Positions 10,051 to 18,902 are shown, counted from the stretch's first letter. The stretch: DNA of 57,522 nt from Gemmatimonadaceae bacterium (GCA_040902005.1 JBBDYA010000134.1:1-57522), one strand, 5' to 3'. The notes: generated by a model not told the origin, from the sequence alone. Translations and numbers: made by a program.

Positions 10051-10566
10051 ATGAGCCTTCCAAGCATCAGTTCCGAGTTCCGCGTGGTCACCAAAGAGGA
10101 CCTGGAGACGCCCCCGGCCGAGTCGGGATTGCGGCTCGTGGAGACGGAGGAGGCCCAGGTTCCGGATGACGCCACCGCCACGCACACGCCCGCATCCCTC
10201 ATGACCGAGCTGCTGGCCGAGCTGCGTGCGCAGCGCCGTCGCACCACGCGCCTCGCGGTCAAGACCGGCGGTCGCGTGCTCTTCCTGCGTGCCGAGGAGA
10301 TCGACTGGGTGGAGGCCGCCGGGAACTACGTGCGCCTGCACGTGGGCGCCGAGTCACACCTGTATCGCGAGAGCATGAAGAACATGGAAGCGCGCCTGGA
10401 TGGTGAGACGTTCGTGCGCATCCATCGGTCGTCCATCGTCAACGTGGACCGCATTCGCGAACTGCAGCCGTGGTTCCACGGCGAGTACGTGGTGTTGCTC
10501 CAGGACGGCACGCGCCTCATGGCCAGCCGCGTCTTCAGCGATCGGTTGGACCGCCTGATCGCGTAA
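10051..10566 (+). CDS. LytTR DNA-binding domain protein lacking a receiver domain
   Basis: EIDWVEAAGNYVRLH...FVRIHRSSIVN. Confidence 0.9.
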   Translation: MSLPSISSEFRVVTKEDLETPPAESGLRLVETEEAQVPDDATATHTPASLMTELLAELRAQRRRTTRLAVKTGGRVLFLRAEEIDWVEAAGNYVRLHVGAESHLYRESMKNMEARLDGETFVRIHRSSIVNVDRIRELQPWFHGEYVVLLQDGTRLMASRVFSDRLDRLIA

Positions 10567-11458
10567 GCACCGCGCGCAGTGCCTGCTCCAGGCGCGGGTG
10601 CCGGAACTCGAATCCGGCGCCCGCGAGTCGTTTGGGAACCAGGCGCTGGCTGGCAAGAATCGTCTGGTTCGCCATCTCGCCAAAGATCAGCTCCAGCACG
10701 AACGCGGGCACCGGAAAAACGGCCGGGCGCCGGAGCATGCGCGCGATCGTCGCGGTGAATTCGCGGTTGGTCACCGGCTCCGGGGACACAAAGTTCACGG
10801 GTCCCACCAGCGCCGGCGTCGCGATGCAGAACTGGAGCGCGCGCACCCAGTCGTCCATGCTGATCCAGCTCATCCACTGGTGGCCGTCGCCCAACCGGCC
10901 GCCGATGCCCAGCCGGAATGGAAGGAGCAGGCGCGCGAGCACCCCGCCGTCTTCACCGAGCACCAGGGATGTCCTCGGCATGACCACGCGAATCCCGGCG
11001 TCGGACGCAGGATGCGTGGCGTGCTCCCAGGCCTGCGTGACGCTCGACAGAAAGTCGCCGGCCGGGCCGGTGGTTTCGTCGAGCAACTCATCGCCGCGAT
11101 GCGCGCCGTAGTAGCCCATGGCAGACGCGTTGACGAGCACGCGTGGTTTCACAGGCAGGATGGCGAGCGCGGACGCGAGCGCAGTCGTTCCATTCACCCT
11201 GCTGTCGCGGATCCGGCGACGGCGCGCGGCTGTCCATCGCTGTGCCAGCTCCTCGCCGGCGAGATTGATGACGATGTCGGGCTGGAGACGCGCGAGGGCA
11301 TCAGTGTCGATCGTCCCCGCTTCCGCGTCCCAGCGTACGGTGTCCGTGTCGCGCTTACCGCGCGCGAGCGGAACTACCCTGTGACCGTCGCGCTCCAGCG
11401 CGCGCGTGAGGAACGAGCCGATGAAGCCGGAGGAACCGCCGAGGAGTACTGTGGCCAC
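10535..11458 (-). CDS. TIGR01777/YfcH-family NAD-dependent epimerase-like oxidoreductase
   Basis: GSSGFIG, INLAGE, SRVNGT, GGRLGDGHQWMSWI, PKRLAGAGFEF. Confidence 0.9.
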   Translation of the reverse strand: MATVLLGGSSGFIGSFLTRALERDGHRVVPLARGKRDTDTVRWDAEAGTIDTDALARLQPDIVINLAGEELAQRWTAARRRRIRDSRVNGTTALASALAILPVKPRVLVNASAMGYYGAHRGDELLDETTGPAGDFLSSVTQAWEHATHPASDAGIRVVMPRTSLVLGEDGGVLARLLLPFRLGIGGRLGDGHQWMSWISMDDWVRALQFCIATPALVGPVNFVSPEPVTNREFTATIARMLRRPAVFPVPAFVLELIFGEMANQTILASQRLVPKRLAGAGFEFRHPRLEQALRAVLTRSGGPTDR

Positions 11459-11467
11459 CCCCGCAAG

Positions 11468-11665
11468 TTACGACGATCCGAGCTGGATCAAACGGCGCGC
11501 GACGGTATCGATGACCCGCGCGTCCTCGTAGTACCGGGAGTGCACGCGCTCGCGCAGCAACACCAGCAGCTCATCGCTGAGCCTGCCGCGTGAGTTCCCA
11601 TCCCACTCCCTCAGGATCTGGGCGGTGGCGGGGTCGTCGGGATCGGAGCCATGCTGGGAGGCCAT
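11468..11665 (-). CDS. Small protein, putative FlgM-like anti-sigma28 factor
   Basis: 65 aa; C-terminal LRERVHSRYYEDARVIDTVARRLI resembles the FlgM sigma-binding helices; sigma28 promoter directly upstream; fliA-like gene nearby. Confidence 0.5.
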   Translation of the reverse strand: MASQHGSDPDDPATAQILREWDGNSRGRLSDELLVLLRERVHSRYYEDARVIDTVARRLIQLGSS

Positions 11666-11673
11666 TGACCCCA

Positions 11674-11700
11674 GTATCGGCACCTTCCACGCGTGGTTTA
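11674..11700 (-). promoter_or_regulatory. sigma28 (FliA) promoter
   Basis: Minus strand TAAA-CCACGCGTGGAAGGT (15 nt)-GCCGATAC versus consensus TAAA-N15-GCCGATAA; ends 8 nt before ATG 11665. Confidence 0.75.
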
Positions 11701-11735
11701 GCGCCGCGGCCCCTCAGCGCTTAACGTCACAGGCA

Positions 11736-13127
11736 GTGGCCACCATTCTCTACCTCGACGACGAGCCGGCGATCGGGCTGATCCTCCAGGACACGCTGGA
11801 GCGCCTCGGCCATCGCCCCGTAGGCGCCACGACCGTTCCCGAAGCGCTCGGCGCGCTGGCCAAGGGGGACGTGGACCTGATCATCTCCGATTACCGGATG
11901 CCCGGGCTCTCCGGCATTGAATTCCTGGAGCTCCTGCGCGAGGACGGACGCGACATCCCGCTCATCATCCTCACGGGACACGCCACCATCGAGCACGCGG
12001 TCGCCGCGATCAAGGCGGGGGCCTCGGACTACATCACCAAGCCGGTGCAGCCCGAGCAGCTGGCGCACGCCGTGGCGCAGGCGCTGGCGTTCGCGCGGCT
12101 CAAGCGCGAGAACGACGCGCTCCGCCGCGAGGTGATGGAGATCCGCGCCGAGCGCGAGATCGTGGGCAACAGCGCCACGATGCGGCACGTGCTCCAGACC
12201 GTGACCACCGCGGCGCCCACGCGTGCCTCGATCCTGCTGCTCGGGGAGTCTGGCACCGGCAAGGAGCTGTTTGCGCGCGCAATCCACGACCAGAGCGACC
12301 GCCGCAATCGTCCCTTCGTGAAACTGAATTGCGCCGCGCTGCCGGAGGGACTCGTCGAGAGCGCGCTGTTCGGGCACGAAAAGGGCGCGTTCACCGGTGC
12401 GATCAAGCGCGTGGAAGGCGCGTTCGAGCGCGCCAACGGCGGCACGCTGCTGCTGGACGAGATCACCGAGATGCGACCCGACCTCCAATCCAAGCTGCTG
12501 CGCGTGCTCCAGGAGCTGGAGTTCGAGCGCGTGGGCGGCACCAGCACCGTCAAAGTGGACGTGCGCATCATTGCCACCAGCAACCGCGATCTCGAGGCCG
12601 CGGTGAAGGACGGCACGTTCCGCCAGGACCTGTTCTACCGCCTGAGCGTCATGCCCATCCGGATCCCTGCGCTGCGTGAACGGCCCGAGGACGTCCCGAT
12701 CCTGGCACACCACTTCGCGCGGCGGACCGCCACGGAGCAACACCGCGAGATCACGGCGATCGCCCCGGATGCAATGGCGCTGCTCCAACGCTACGAGTGG
12801 CCCGGCAACGTGCGCGAGCTGCAACATGCCGTGGAACGCGCCGTGATCCTCACACAGGGCAGCGTGCTGCTGGCGTCGAGCTTCGACATGATTCGCGCGA
12901 GCGTCACGGGCAGGGGTTCGCCGCTGGAGCGGGCCGCGAGCGCGACGACGGATGCCGCGGCCGCGACCGGCATCGTGCTCACCTCGTGCAACCTGGACGA
13001 CGCGGAGGCGGTGCTGATCAAGCGGGCGCTGGAAGAGACCGCCGGCAACCGCACGCGCGCCGCGGAGCTGCTGGGGATCACCACGCGGACGCTCAGAAAC
13101 AAGCTGTCCGCCGACAAGCAGACCTGA
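11736..13127 (+). CDS. sigma54-dependent response regulator (REC-AAA+-Fis HTH; NtrC/AtoC/FleR type)
   Basis: YLDDE, ISDYRMP, GESGTGKE, GAFTGA, WPGNVREL, GNRTRAAELLGI. Confidence 0.95.
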   Translation: MATILYLDDEPAIGLILQDTLERLGHRPVGATTVPEALGALAKGDVDLIISDYRMPGLSGIEFLELLREDGRDIPLIILTGHATIEHAVAAIKAGASDYITKPVQPEQLAHAVAQALAFARLKRENDALRREVMEIRAEREIVGNSATMRHVLQTVTTAAPTRASILLLGESGTGKELFARAIHDQSDRRNRPFVKLNCAALPEGLVESALFGHEKGAFTGAIKRVEGAFERANGGTLLLDEITEMRPDLQSKLLRVLQELEFERVGGTSTVKVDVRIIATSNRDLEAAVKDGTFRQDLFYRLSVMPIRIPALRERPEDVPILAHHFARRTATEQHREITAIAPDAMALLQRYEWPGNVRELQHAVERAVILTQGSVLLASSFDMIRASVTGRGSPLERAASATTDAAAATGIVLTSCNLDDAEAVLIKRALEETAGNRTRAAELLGITTRTLRNKLSADKQT

Positions 13128-13228
13128 CCGCCGGCAGCGCCGTCGGCAAAGCGCCTACAAGACGCACGCGTGCGCCCGACAGACGCCGTGCGCCAAGCCT
13201 CGTACCCTGCGGCTACGGAGGTGAATCC

Positions 13229-13816
13229 ATGCTACGGCTCCATGACATCATGACGCGGGACCTGGTGACACTCTCGCCCGAGCACACGCTGCGCGAGGCA
13301 ATGTCGATTCTCACGTCGAAGCACATCAGCGGCGCGCCGGTAGTCTCGGGCCAGAATGTGGTCGGCGTGGTGTCGCTGACCGACCTCGCCGACCTCGCGT
13401 CCTCGGCCCCGGGAGTACCGACCGAGCATCCCGAGCAGGCGGAGTGGGGTGAGTTTGACGAGCCGGTGGATCTCCCCGAGGGCGAGGAACCGCCGTCCAG
13501 CTATTTCCAGCGTCTCTGGGACGACGCCGGCGCTGAAGTCGGCGAACGCATGGCCGCGCCGGAAGGTCCGGAGTGGGACGCGCTACAGGAACACACGGTC
13601 GGCGAAGCAATGACCCGGGATATCCAGTGGCTGGTTCCCGAGAGGTCCGTCGAAGAGGCCGCGCAGTTCATGCGCAATGCGTCGATACACCGCGTCCTGG
13701 TGATCGAGGACGGCAAGCTGCTCGGCATGGTGACCACCAAGGACATCGCGGACGCGGTCGCGGACCACAAACTCTCGACGCGGACCTACGTGTTCGGAGC
13801 TCCGAGCCACCTGTAG
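13229..13816 (+). CDS. CBS-domain protein
   Basis: Two CBS motifs (DIMTRD...ISGAPVV; AMTRD...IHRVLV...GMVTTKDI); GGAGG RBS. Confidence 0.9.
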   Translation: MLRLHDIMTRDLVTLSPEHTLREAMSILTSKHISGAPVVSGQNVVGVVSLTDLADLASSAPGVPTEHPEQAEWGEFDEPVDLPEGEEPPSSYFQRLWDDAGAEVGERMAAPEGPEWDALQEHTVGEAMTRDIQWLVPERSVEEAAQFMRNASIHRVLVIEDGKLLGMVTTKDIADAVADHKLSTRTYVFGAPSHL

Positions 13817-13844
13817 CCGACCCAGCCGCGCGCGTTGAGCCAAT

Positions 13845-13923
13845 AGCGAACGCCCTCAGCGAACGCCCTCAGCGAACGCCCTCAGCGAACGGCGTCAGTG
13901 AACGCCGTCAGACGAACGCCGTT
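13845..13923. repeat. 13-bp tandem repeat AGCGAACGCC(C/G)TC, about 6 copies
   Basis: Three perfect copies at 13845, 13858 and 13871, then three degenerate copies. Confidence 0.85.
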
Positions 13924-13929
13924 TCTGAC

Positions 13930-14068
13930 GGGAATTATTTTCCCTTCGGAAAGTTATTCCCAGTAACCTCCCCGCCCGACTAACAGCGCAAACGTTTACA
14001 GGACAATAACTTGGAATAGTCAGCCATCTGGTGTGCCAAATGCCTATTGGTGGGGCATGCGTGGAGCT
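13930..14068 (+). promoter_or_regulatory. Candidate enhancer (two GGAA-N5-TTCC palindromes) and sigma54 -24/-12 promoter upstream of the fliA-like gene
   Basis: GGGAATTATTTTCCC 13930-13944; GGAAAGTTATTCC 13948-13960; GG-N10-GC in GGCATGCGTGGAGCT at 14054-14068. Confidence 0.45.
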
Positions 14069-14114
14069 CAGTGCCGCGCAATCACCCATTCCGACGTCGG
14101 AACGGAGCCCAGCC

Positions 14115-14909
14115 ATGAACGCCAGAATTGGCCAGTCCGCAGGCACCAGGCGCACCGCAGTCGCCACCCGCACCAATCGTCGCGCGGTTCGCGGCATGCC
14201 ATCCGCCAGGCGGGCCGCGCTCCTCACGGAGAACGTCGGTCTCGTGCATCACGTGGCCCGACAACTGGCCGGCCGGCTGAGCACCGCCGCCGATCTGGAC
14301 GAGCTGGTGAGCGCGGGCGCCGTCGGACTGGTGCAGGCCGTGGACTCCTTCGACCGGAGCCGGGGACTCACCTTCAGCACGTACGCGGTGCCGCGGATCC
14401 GCGGCGCGATTCTCGACGCACTGCGCCAGCAGGACCATGTGTCCCGCAGCGTGCGGCGCAACACCCGCGAGCTCACCCGCGCGCGCGACTCGCTCGCCGC
14501 AGGGCTCCACCGATCGCCCACGCTCGGCGAGATCGCGAGCCACATGGCCGTCCCCACGGAGATGATCCGCAAGTGGGAACTGGACGCGGAGTGCACGACG
14601 CTGGCGTCGCTGGACCAGCCGCATCACGCCGACATGTCCGGCGCTTCGCTGGGCGACACTGTGACCGACGATCGCGTGCGGTCGCTGGACGAGCTGTTGA
14701 CGCACGAGCAGGAAGTGGTGCAGTTGAAGGCCGCGATCGCGACGCTCGGGGAGCAGGAGCGCACGGTGCTCGCCCTGAACTTCTTCGAGGAGCTGAAGCT
14801 TCAGGAAATCGCGACGGTCCTGAATCTGTCGGTGTGCCGCATCTCGCAGATTCGCACCGCGGCACTTCAGAAGTTGCGCGTGTCGCTCAGCGGCCTTCGC
14901 GCCGCCTGA
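14115..14909 (+). CDS. fliA: FliA/WhiG-family RNA polymerase sigma factor (sigma28)
   Basis: DLDELVSAGAVGLVQAVDSFD, FSTYAVPRIRGAILDALR, ERTVLAL-FFEELKLQEIA, RISQI. Confidence 0.85.
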   Translation: MNARIGQSAGTRRTAVATRTNRRAVRGMPSARRAALLTENVGLVHHVARQLAGRLSTAADLDELVSAGAVGLVQAVDSFDRSRGLTFSTYAVPRIRGAILDALRQQDHVSRSVRRNTRELTRARDSLAAGLHRSPTLGEIASHMAVPTEMIRKWELDAECTTLASLDQPHHADMSGASLGDTVTDDRVRSLDELLTHEQEVVQLKAAIATLGEQERTVLALNFFEELKLQEIATVLNLSVCRISQIRTAALQKLRVSLSGLRAA

Positions 14910-15528
14910 GCGAGGCGAGGGTCGGGATGCGGAAGCCGCACTGCCCCCCACCCTCCAGCGGCCCGCCGCCCATGGCCCGGGCCAGTTCCCCAGCATAACG
15001 CGAGCACGCGCCGCCATTCCCGGCCGCGCGCGCCACCAGCCACTCGCCGTCTTCCACCACCGTCAGCCGGGTGGTTGCCGCGCGATCGCCGTCTGGCGCG
15101 GCGGTGGCCCCCAGCGCGATCAGCGCGCGCACGAACATCCAGCGCGGCACACGCGTGGGAGGCGCCCCCTGCGCATCGATCATGATCACCCGCTCGCGCT
15201 GCTCCGCGTGCAGCTTGAGCACCGTGAGCGCCTCCGGTACCGCGTCGTTGGGCGCGAAGGCTTCACTCCCGCCGCGCGGCATGCCGATGCACCGCACCAC
15301 GCTCGAGAGCTCCGTGAGCCGCTCCAGCTCCGTGGCGAGGATGGATTGCGTGACCTCGGGATCGTCTTCCGGGTCGCGCGTCAGTTCGATGACGGCGGAG
15401 ATCGCCGACGCGCGATTGTTCAGCGCGTGCGCGATGCCGCGCAGCACATGCTCCACGTGCTCCGACCATTCAGCGAGCCCCTGCGCACTGAACTGCGGGT
15501 CCTCAGTGCCTTGCGTGTGTTCGTGCAT
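14887..15528 (-). CDS. Histidine-kinase-like protein (H-box present, ATPase domain degenerate)
   Basis: GIAHALNNR H-box; no recognisable N/G boxes; ends FRIPTL. Confidence 0.55.
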   Translation of the reverse strand: MHEHTQGTEDPQFSAQGLAEWSEHVEHVLRGIAHALNNRASAISAVIELTRDPEDDPEVTQSILATELERLTELSSVVRCIGMPRGGSEAFAPNDAVPEALTVLKLHAEQRERVIMIDAQGAPPTRVPRWMFVRALIALGATAAPDGDRAATTRLTVVEDGEWLVARAAGNGGACSRYAGELARAMGGGPLEGGGQCGFRIPTLASLRRREGR

Positions 15529-15581
15529 CACGATGTGCGTTCGCACTGGCGGTTCACGTCCATCCCGGACACTCTATTCCG

Positions 15582-16118
15582 ATGCTCATTCTTCTCGGCC
15601 TTGCCGCCCAACTGACGGTCGCCGTCCCCTCTGACACGCCGCCGCCCTCCCCACCCGTACGCGCGCGCCCCCAAGCGGTGGAGGTGAGCGACTGGTACCA
15701 GCGCCGGCTCACGCTGCACCGACGACTAAGCTATGCCGTGCTTCCCCTCTTCGCGTTTCAATATGCCGCCGGAAGGGAGAAATGGGACCAGGCCGAGGGC
15801 CGGGGGCTGGCGCCCGCGTGGGCGCGCGACGGGCACCTGATCGGCGCGTACGCGATCGGCACCGTCTTCACCGCGAACGCCGTCACCGGTGTCTGGAACC
15901 TCTGGGACTCGCGCATGGTGCGGGAAGGACGCACGCGCCGGTACCTGCACGGCGCGTCCATGCTGACCGCCACGGCCGGGTTCACCTGGGCCGGTGCCGT
16001 GCTGTCGCAGCAGGCCGCAACGGACCCGGAGAAACGCCGGCTGCACCGAAGCGTTGCAATCACATCCATGGCTATCTCGGTGACCAGCGGGCTGCTCATG
16101 TGGTTCTTCAATGATTAG
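15582..16118 (+). CDS. Membrane protein with four His-bearing TM helices (possible cytochrome b-like)
   Basis: Signal peptide; LHRRLSY, GHLIGA, LHGASM, LHRSVA each precede hydrophobic stretches. Confidence 0.6.
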   Translation: MLILLGLAAQLTVAVPSDTPPPSPPVRARPQAVEVSDWYQRRLTLHRRLSYAVLPLFAFQYAAGREKWDQAEGRGLAPAWARDGHLIGAYAIGTVFTANAVTGVWNLWDSRMVREGRTRRYLHGASMLTATAGFTWAGAVLSQQAATDPEKRRLHRSVAITSMAISVTSGLLMWFFND

Positions 16119-16298
16119 GGAGCCTCTGAAGAATGGAGGCCGGAGGCGCGGTGTGCCGCGTGGCGCGAGCCAGTCTCAATACTTGAACGCCAACACCTGA
16201 CCCCGAACGGAGTTTCACGATGCACGTTCAAGTATTGAGACTACGCTCGCGCCACGCGGCACACCGCGCCTCAGGCCATCTCATTCTTCAGAGGCTCC
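16119..16298. mobile_element. 180-bp MITE-like long inverted repeat
   Basis: Arms 16119-16189 and 16225-16298 are near-perfectly complementary; termini GGAGCCTCTGAAGAATG / CATTCTTCAGAGGCTCC; no plausible ORF. Confidence 0.7.
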
Positions 16299-16308
16299 AA
16301 CGCCATCC

Positions 16309-16809
16309 ATGCAAGCACCTGAGACGCTGATTCGACTTACCGAGCCGTGGGCGTCCACCTACGGCGACTCCGCGATCCTGCCCACGCTCATCACTTTCGG
16401 GCACATCGCCGCGCTCGTGTTCGCCGGCGGGCTCGCGGTCACGCTCGATCGCGGCACTCTTCGCGCCGCGCGGGGTTCCAGTGATGAGCGGTGGCGCCAG
16501 CTCAGGGAACTCGGCGCCGCGCACCGGCTCGTCGTCACCGGTCTCGCACTCTCCGTGGTCACCGGCATCCTCATGTTCACCGCGGACGTGGAGGCCTACT
16601 TCGGCTCGTGGATCTACTGGACCAAGATGTCGCTGATCGCACTCCTGCTGGTGAACGGGTACCTGATGACGCGGCTGGAAACGCGCATCGGGCTCACGCC
16701 GAACGCCGCGGACGACGCCGGCTGGCGGTCACTGCGCCTCTCGGCCACCGTCAGCATGCTGCTCTGGTTCGCCATCGCGTTCGCCGGCGTCGCGGTCGTC
16801 AACATGTGA
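16309..16809 (+). CDS. Hypothetical 4-TM membrane protein (DUF2214/DUF6644-like)
   Basis: FGHIAAL...GLALSVVTGILMF...YWTKMSLIALLLVNG...SMLLW. Confidence 0.65.
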   Translation: MQAPETLIRLTEPWASTYGDSAILPTLITFGHIAALVFAGGLAVTLDRGTLRAARGSSDERWRQLRELGAAHRLVVTGLALSVVTGILMFTADVEAYFGSWIYWTKMSLIALLLVNGYLMTRLETRIGLTPNAADDAGWRSLRLSATVSMLLWFAIAFAGVAVVNM

Positions 16810-16822
16810 TGAGACATCGGGC

Positions 16823-17284
16823 ATGACGGACTGCAACGGGTGTCCCCTCGATGGCGCGATGGTGCGACGCGACTTTCTGCGCGCCGCGTTCGCGGGCGCG
16901 CTGTACGTCAGCGGCCTGGGCATCCGGACGGACAAGGCCTATCCGATTCCGGCGGCCAACGGCGCGGTGATCGACAAGGACGAGTCCGTGATCGTCGCTC
17001 GCGTGGACCAGCGCGTGTTTGCCTTCTCGCTGGCGTGCCCGCACCAGAACACCGCGCTGCGGTGGGACGAGCGCAACACGCGCTTCCAGTGCCCCAAGCA
17101 CAAGTCACGCTACCGGCCGGACGGCACCTTCATCGAGGGGCGCGCCACGCGGGGGCTTGACCGATTCGCCGTTCGGCGTGAAGCTGATCGACTCATGGTG
17201 AACTTCGACCTGTTGTACCGGGAAGACGAGCACGTCGCCCAGTGGGCGCAGGCGTTCGTCTCGCTCGCAGACAGCGGCGCGTAA
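16823..17284 (+). CDS. Rieske 2Fe-2S protein with Tat-like signal
   Basis: RRDFL; CPHQ...FQCPKHKSRY...GRATRGL. Confidence 0.9.
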   Translation: MTDCNGCPLDGAMVRRDFLRAAFAGALYVSGLGIRTDKAYPIPAANGAVIDKDESVIVARVDQRVFAFSLACPHQNTALRWDERNTRFQCPKHKSRYRPDGTFIEGRATRGLDRFAVRREADRLMVNFDLLYREDEHVAQWAQAFVSLADSGA

Positions 17285-17980
17285 GTGCTGCTCGGCATCG
17301 CCGGCATGGTGGGCTCCGGCAAGTCCACGCTCGCGCGCGCCCTCGCGTCGCGGTTCGGGTTGCAGCTCGCGCTGGAAAACGTGGACCAGGACAATCCCTG
17401 GCTCGAGCCGTTCTACGCGTCCGGCGCGGAGTCCATGCGCGCGTACGCGCTGCACCTGCAACTGCACTTTCTGGCCACGCGCTTTGCCAGCATGCGGCGC
17501 ATGCGCGGCCTGGGGGGAAGCTGGATCCTGGACCGCACCTGGTACGAGGACGCCGAGGTATTTGCGTCCGGCCTGCACGAACAGGCGCTGCTGTCGGACG
17601 AGGAGTGGCAGTTGTACCGAAAGCTGTACGCCGAGCTGCTGCACGCGCCGGCGGCCCGTCCCCCTCGGCTGCTGGTCTATCTGCACGCGCCGCTGGAAAC
17701 GATTCTCGACCGCATCGCCGAGCGCGGCCGTCCCAGGGAACGGGAGACAGATCGCGGATACTGGGAGCTGCTGCACGCGCGGTACGTGAAGTGGATCGGC
17801 GCGTTCCGGCACTGCCCGGTGCTGTTCATCGACGTGCGGGAATACGATCTCGTGCGCGACCCGGCCGGTGCGGCCGAGGAGATCTCCGCTCGCGTCCGCC
17901 AGCGCCTGGAGCGCGAGCTGCCGCAGACGGAGCTCTTTCCTGCGGCACAGAGGGCTGTGGCAATGCGGACCTCGCACTGA
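17285..17980 (+). CDS. Deoxynucleoside kinase
   Basis: GMVGSGKST P-loop, LQLHFLATRF, LDRTWYED, RIAERGR. Confidence 0.9.
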   Translation: MLLGIAGMVGSGKSTLARALASRFGLQLALENVDQDNPWLEPFYASGAESMRAYALHLQLHFLATRFASMRRMRGLGGSWILDRTWYEDAEVFASGLHEQALLSDEEWQLYRKLYAELLHAPAARPPRLLVYLHAPLETILDRIAERGRPRERETDRGYWELLHARYVKWIGAFRHCPVLFIDVREYDLVRDPAGAAEEISARVRQRLERELPQTELFPAAQRAVAMRTSH

Positions 17981-18032
17981 CGGTCGCGGGTAGTAGATGT
18001 CAGGAACTAGGAGCTAGGAACTAGGAACGCCC

Positions 18033-18878
18033 ATGCAACTTCTCCGTAGAGCATTCGCCCCGGCCGCCGCGATCATGCTGGCAGCCTGCGCCGACAAACC
18101 CGCACCGATCGACGCTGAACTCGCGCGCGACATCGAACTCGCCAGCGCGGTGCAGCAGTCGCATCTTTTGCCTCAGGACACGGCGCTCAGCGCGGAACCA
18201 GAGAAGCGCCCCGCGGCGAATCCGTCGCCGGCGGCGCCGCGCCGCGAAACGCCGATTGTGCGTCCCCCCACCCCCGCGCCGCGCGTACAGCCGCCGCCCA
18301 CGGTTGAGCCCGAGCGTGCGCCGGAACCGACGCCAGCGCCAGCGCCGAGCATGCGGGGCATCCTCGCGGGCACCAGTTTCGCGCTCGCCACCAAGGGGCA
18401 GATCTGCACGAACACCGGGCGGCCCGGTGACAAGATCGTCGCGACGCTCACGAGCGCCGTCACCGGCGAGGGGGGCGCCTACATCCCCGAAGGCGCGAGT
18501 GTCGTGCTGGAGGTGGCGTCCGTCACGCCGGGTGACACGCCGGCCGACGCGAGCATCACGCTTCGCGTGCGCTCCATCGTCATCAACGGCGAGTCCAGGA
18601 ACATGGACGGGAGCGTGGCGTTGGTGTCGGACCTGGCGCGCACGCAGGTGGCGCGCGACGGGGGCTCGGACAGGAAGAAGGTGATTGGCGGCGCGATCGC
18701 GGGCGCGATCATCGGCCAGATCGCCGGACGCGACACGAAGTCCACGGTGATCGGTGCGGCCGCCGGCGCCGCAGCGGGCGCCGGCGCGGCGGCGCTATCC
18801 AGGAAGTACGACGCGTGCCTTCCCGCCGGCAGCACCGTGCGGGTGACCACCACGCAGCCGCTCGCGCTCACCGCCTGA
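18033..18878 (+). CDS. Lipoprotein with Pro-rich linker and glycine-zipper domain
   Basis: LAAC lipobox; GGAIAGAIIG...GAAAGAAAG. Confidence 0.75.
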   Translation: MQLLRRAFAPAAAIMLAACADKPAPIDAELARDIELASAVQQSHLLPQDTALSAEPEKRPAANPSPAAPRRETPIVRPPTPAPRVQPPPTVEPERAPEPTPAPAPSMRGILAGTSFALATKGQICTNTGRPGDKIVATLTSAVTGEGGAYIPEGASVVLEVASVTPGDTPADASITLRVRSIVINGESRNMDGSVALVSDLARTQVARDGGSDRKKVIGGAIAGAIIGQIAGRDTKSTVIGAAAGAAAGAGAAALSRKYDACLPAGSTVRVTTTQPLALTA

Positions 18879-18880
18879 GC

Positions 18881-18902
18881 GGGGGGGGGGGGTGGGGGGG
18901 GG
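18881..18902. repeat. G12-T-G9 tract between convergent genes
   Basis: Read directly from the sequence. Confidence 0.8.

Noticed and set aside
10051..10566. Receiver-less LytTR protein as a novelty
   Set aside because: Stand-alone LytTR proteins are a known architecture.
14022..14039. Minus-strand TTGGCAC sigma54-like motif
   Set aside because: GG-to-GC spacing is 11 rather than 10, and there is no gene in that direction.
18002..18028. 7-bp tandem repeat AGGAACT (an 8-bp repeat also occurs at ~45916-45935)
   Set aside because: Real but short, with no evidence of function.
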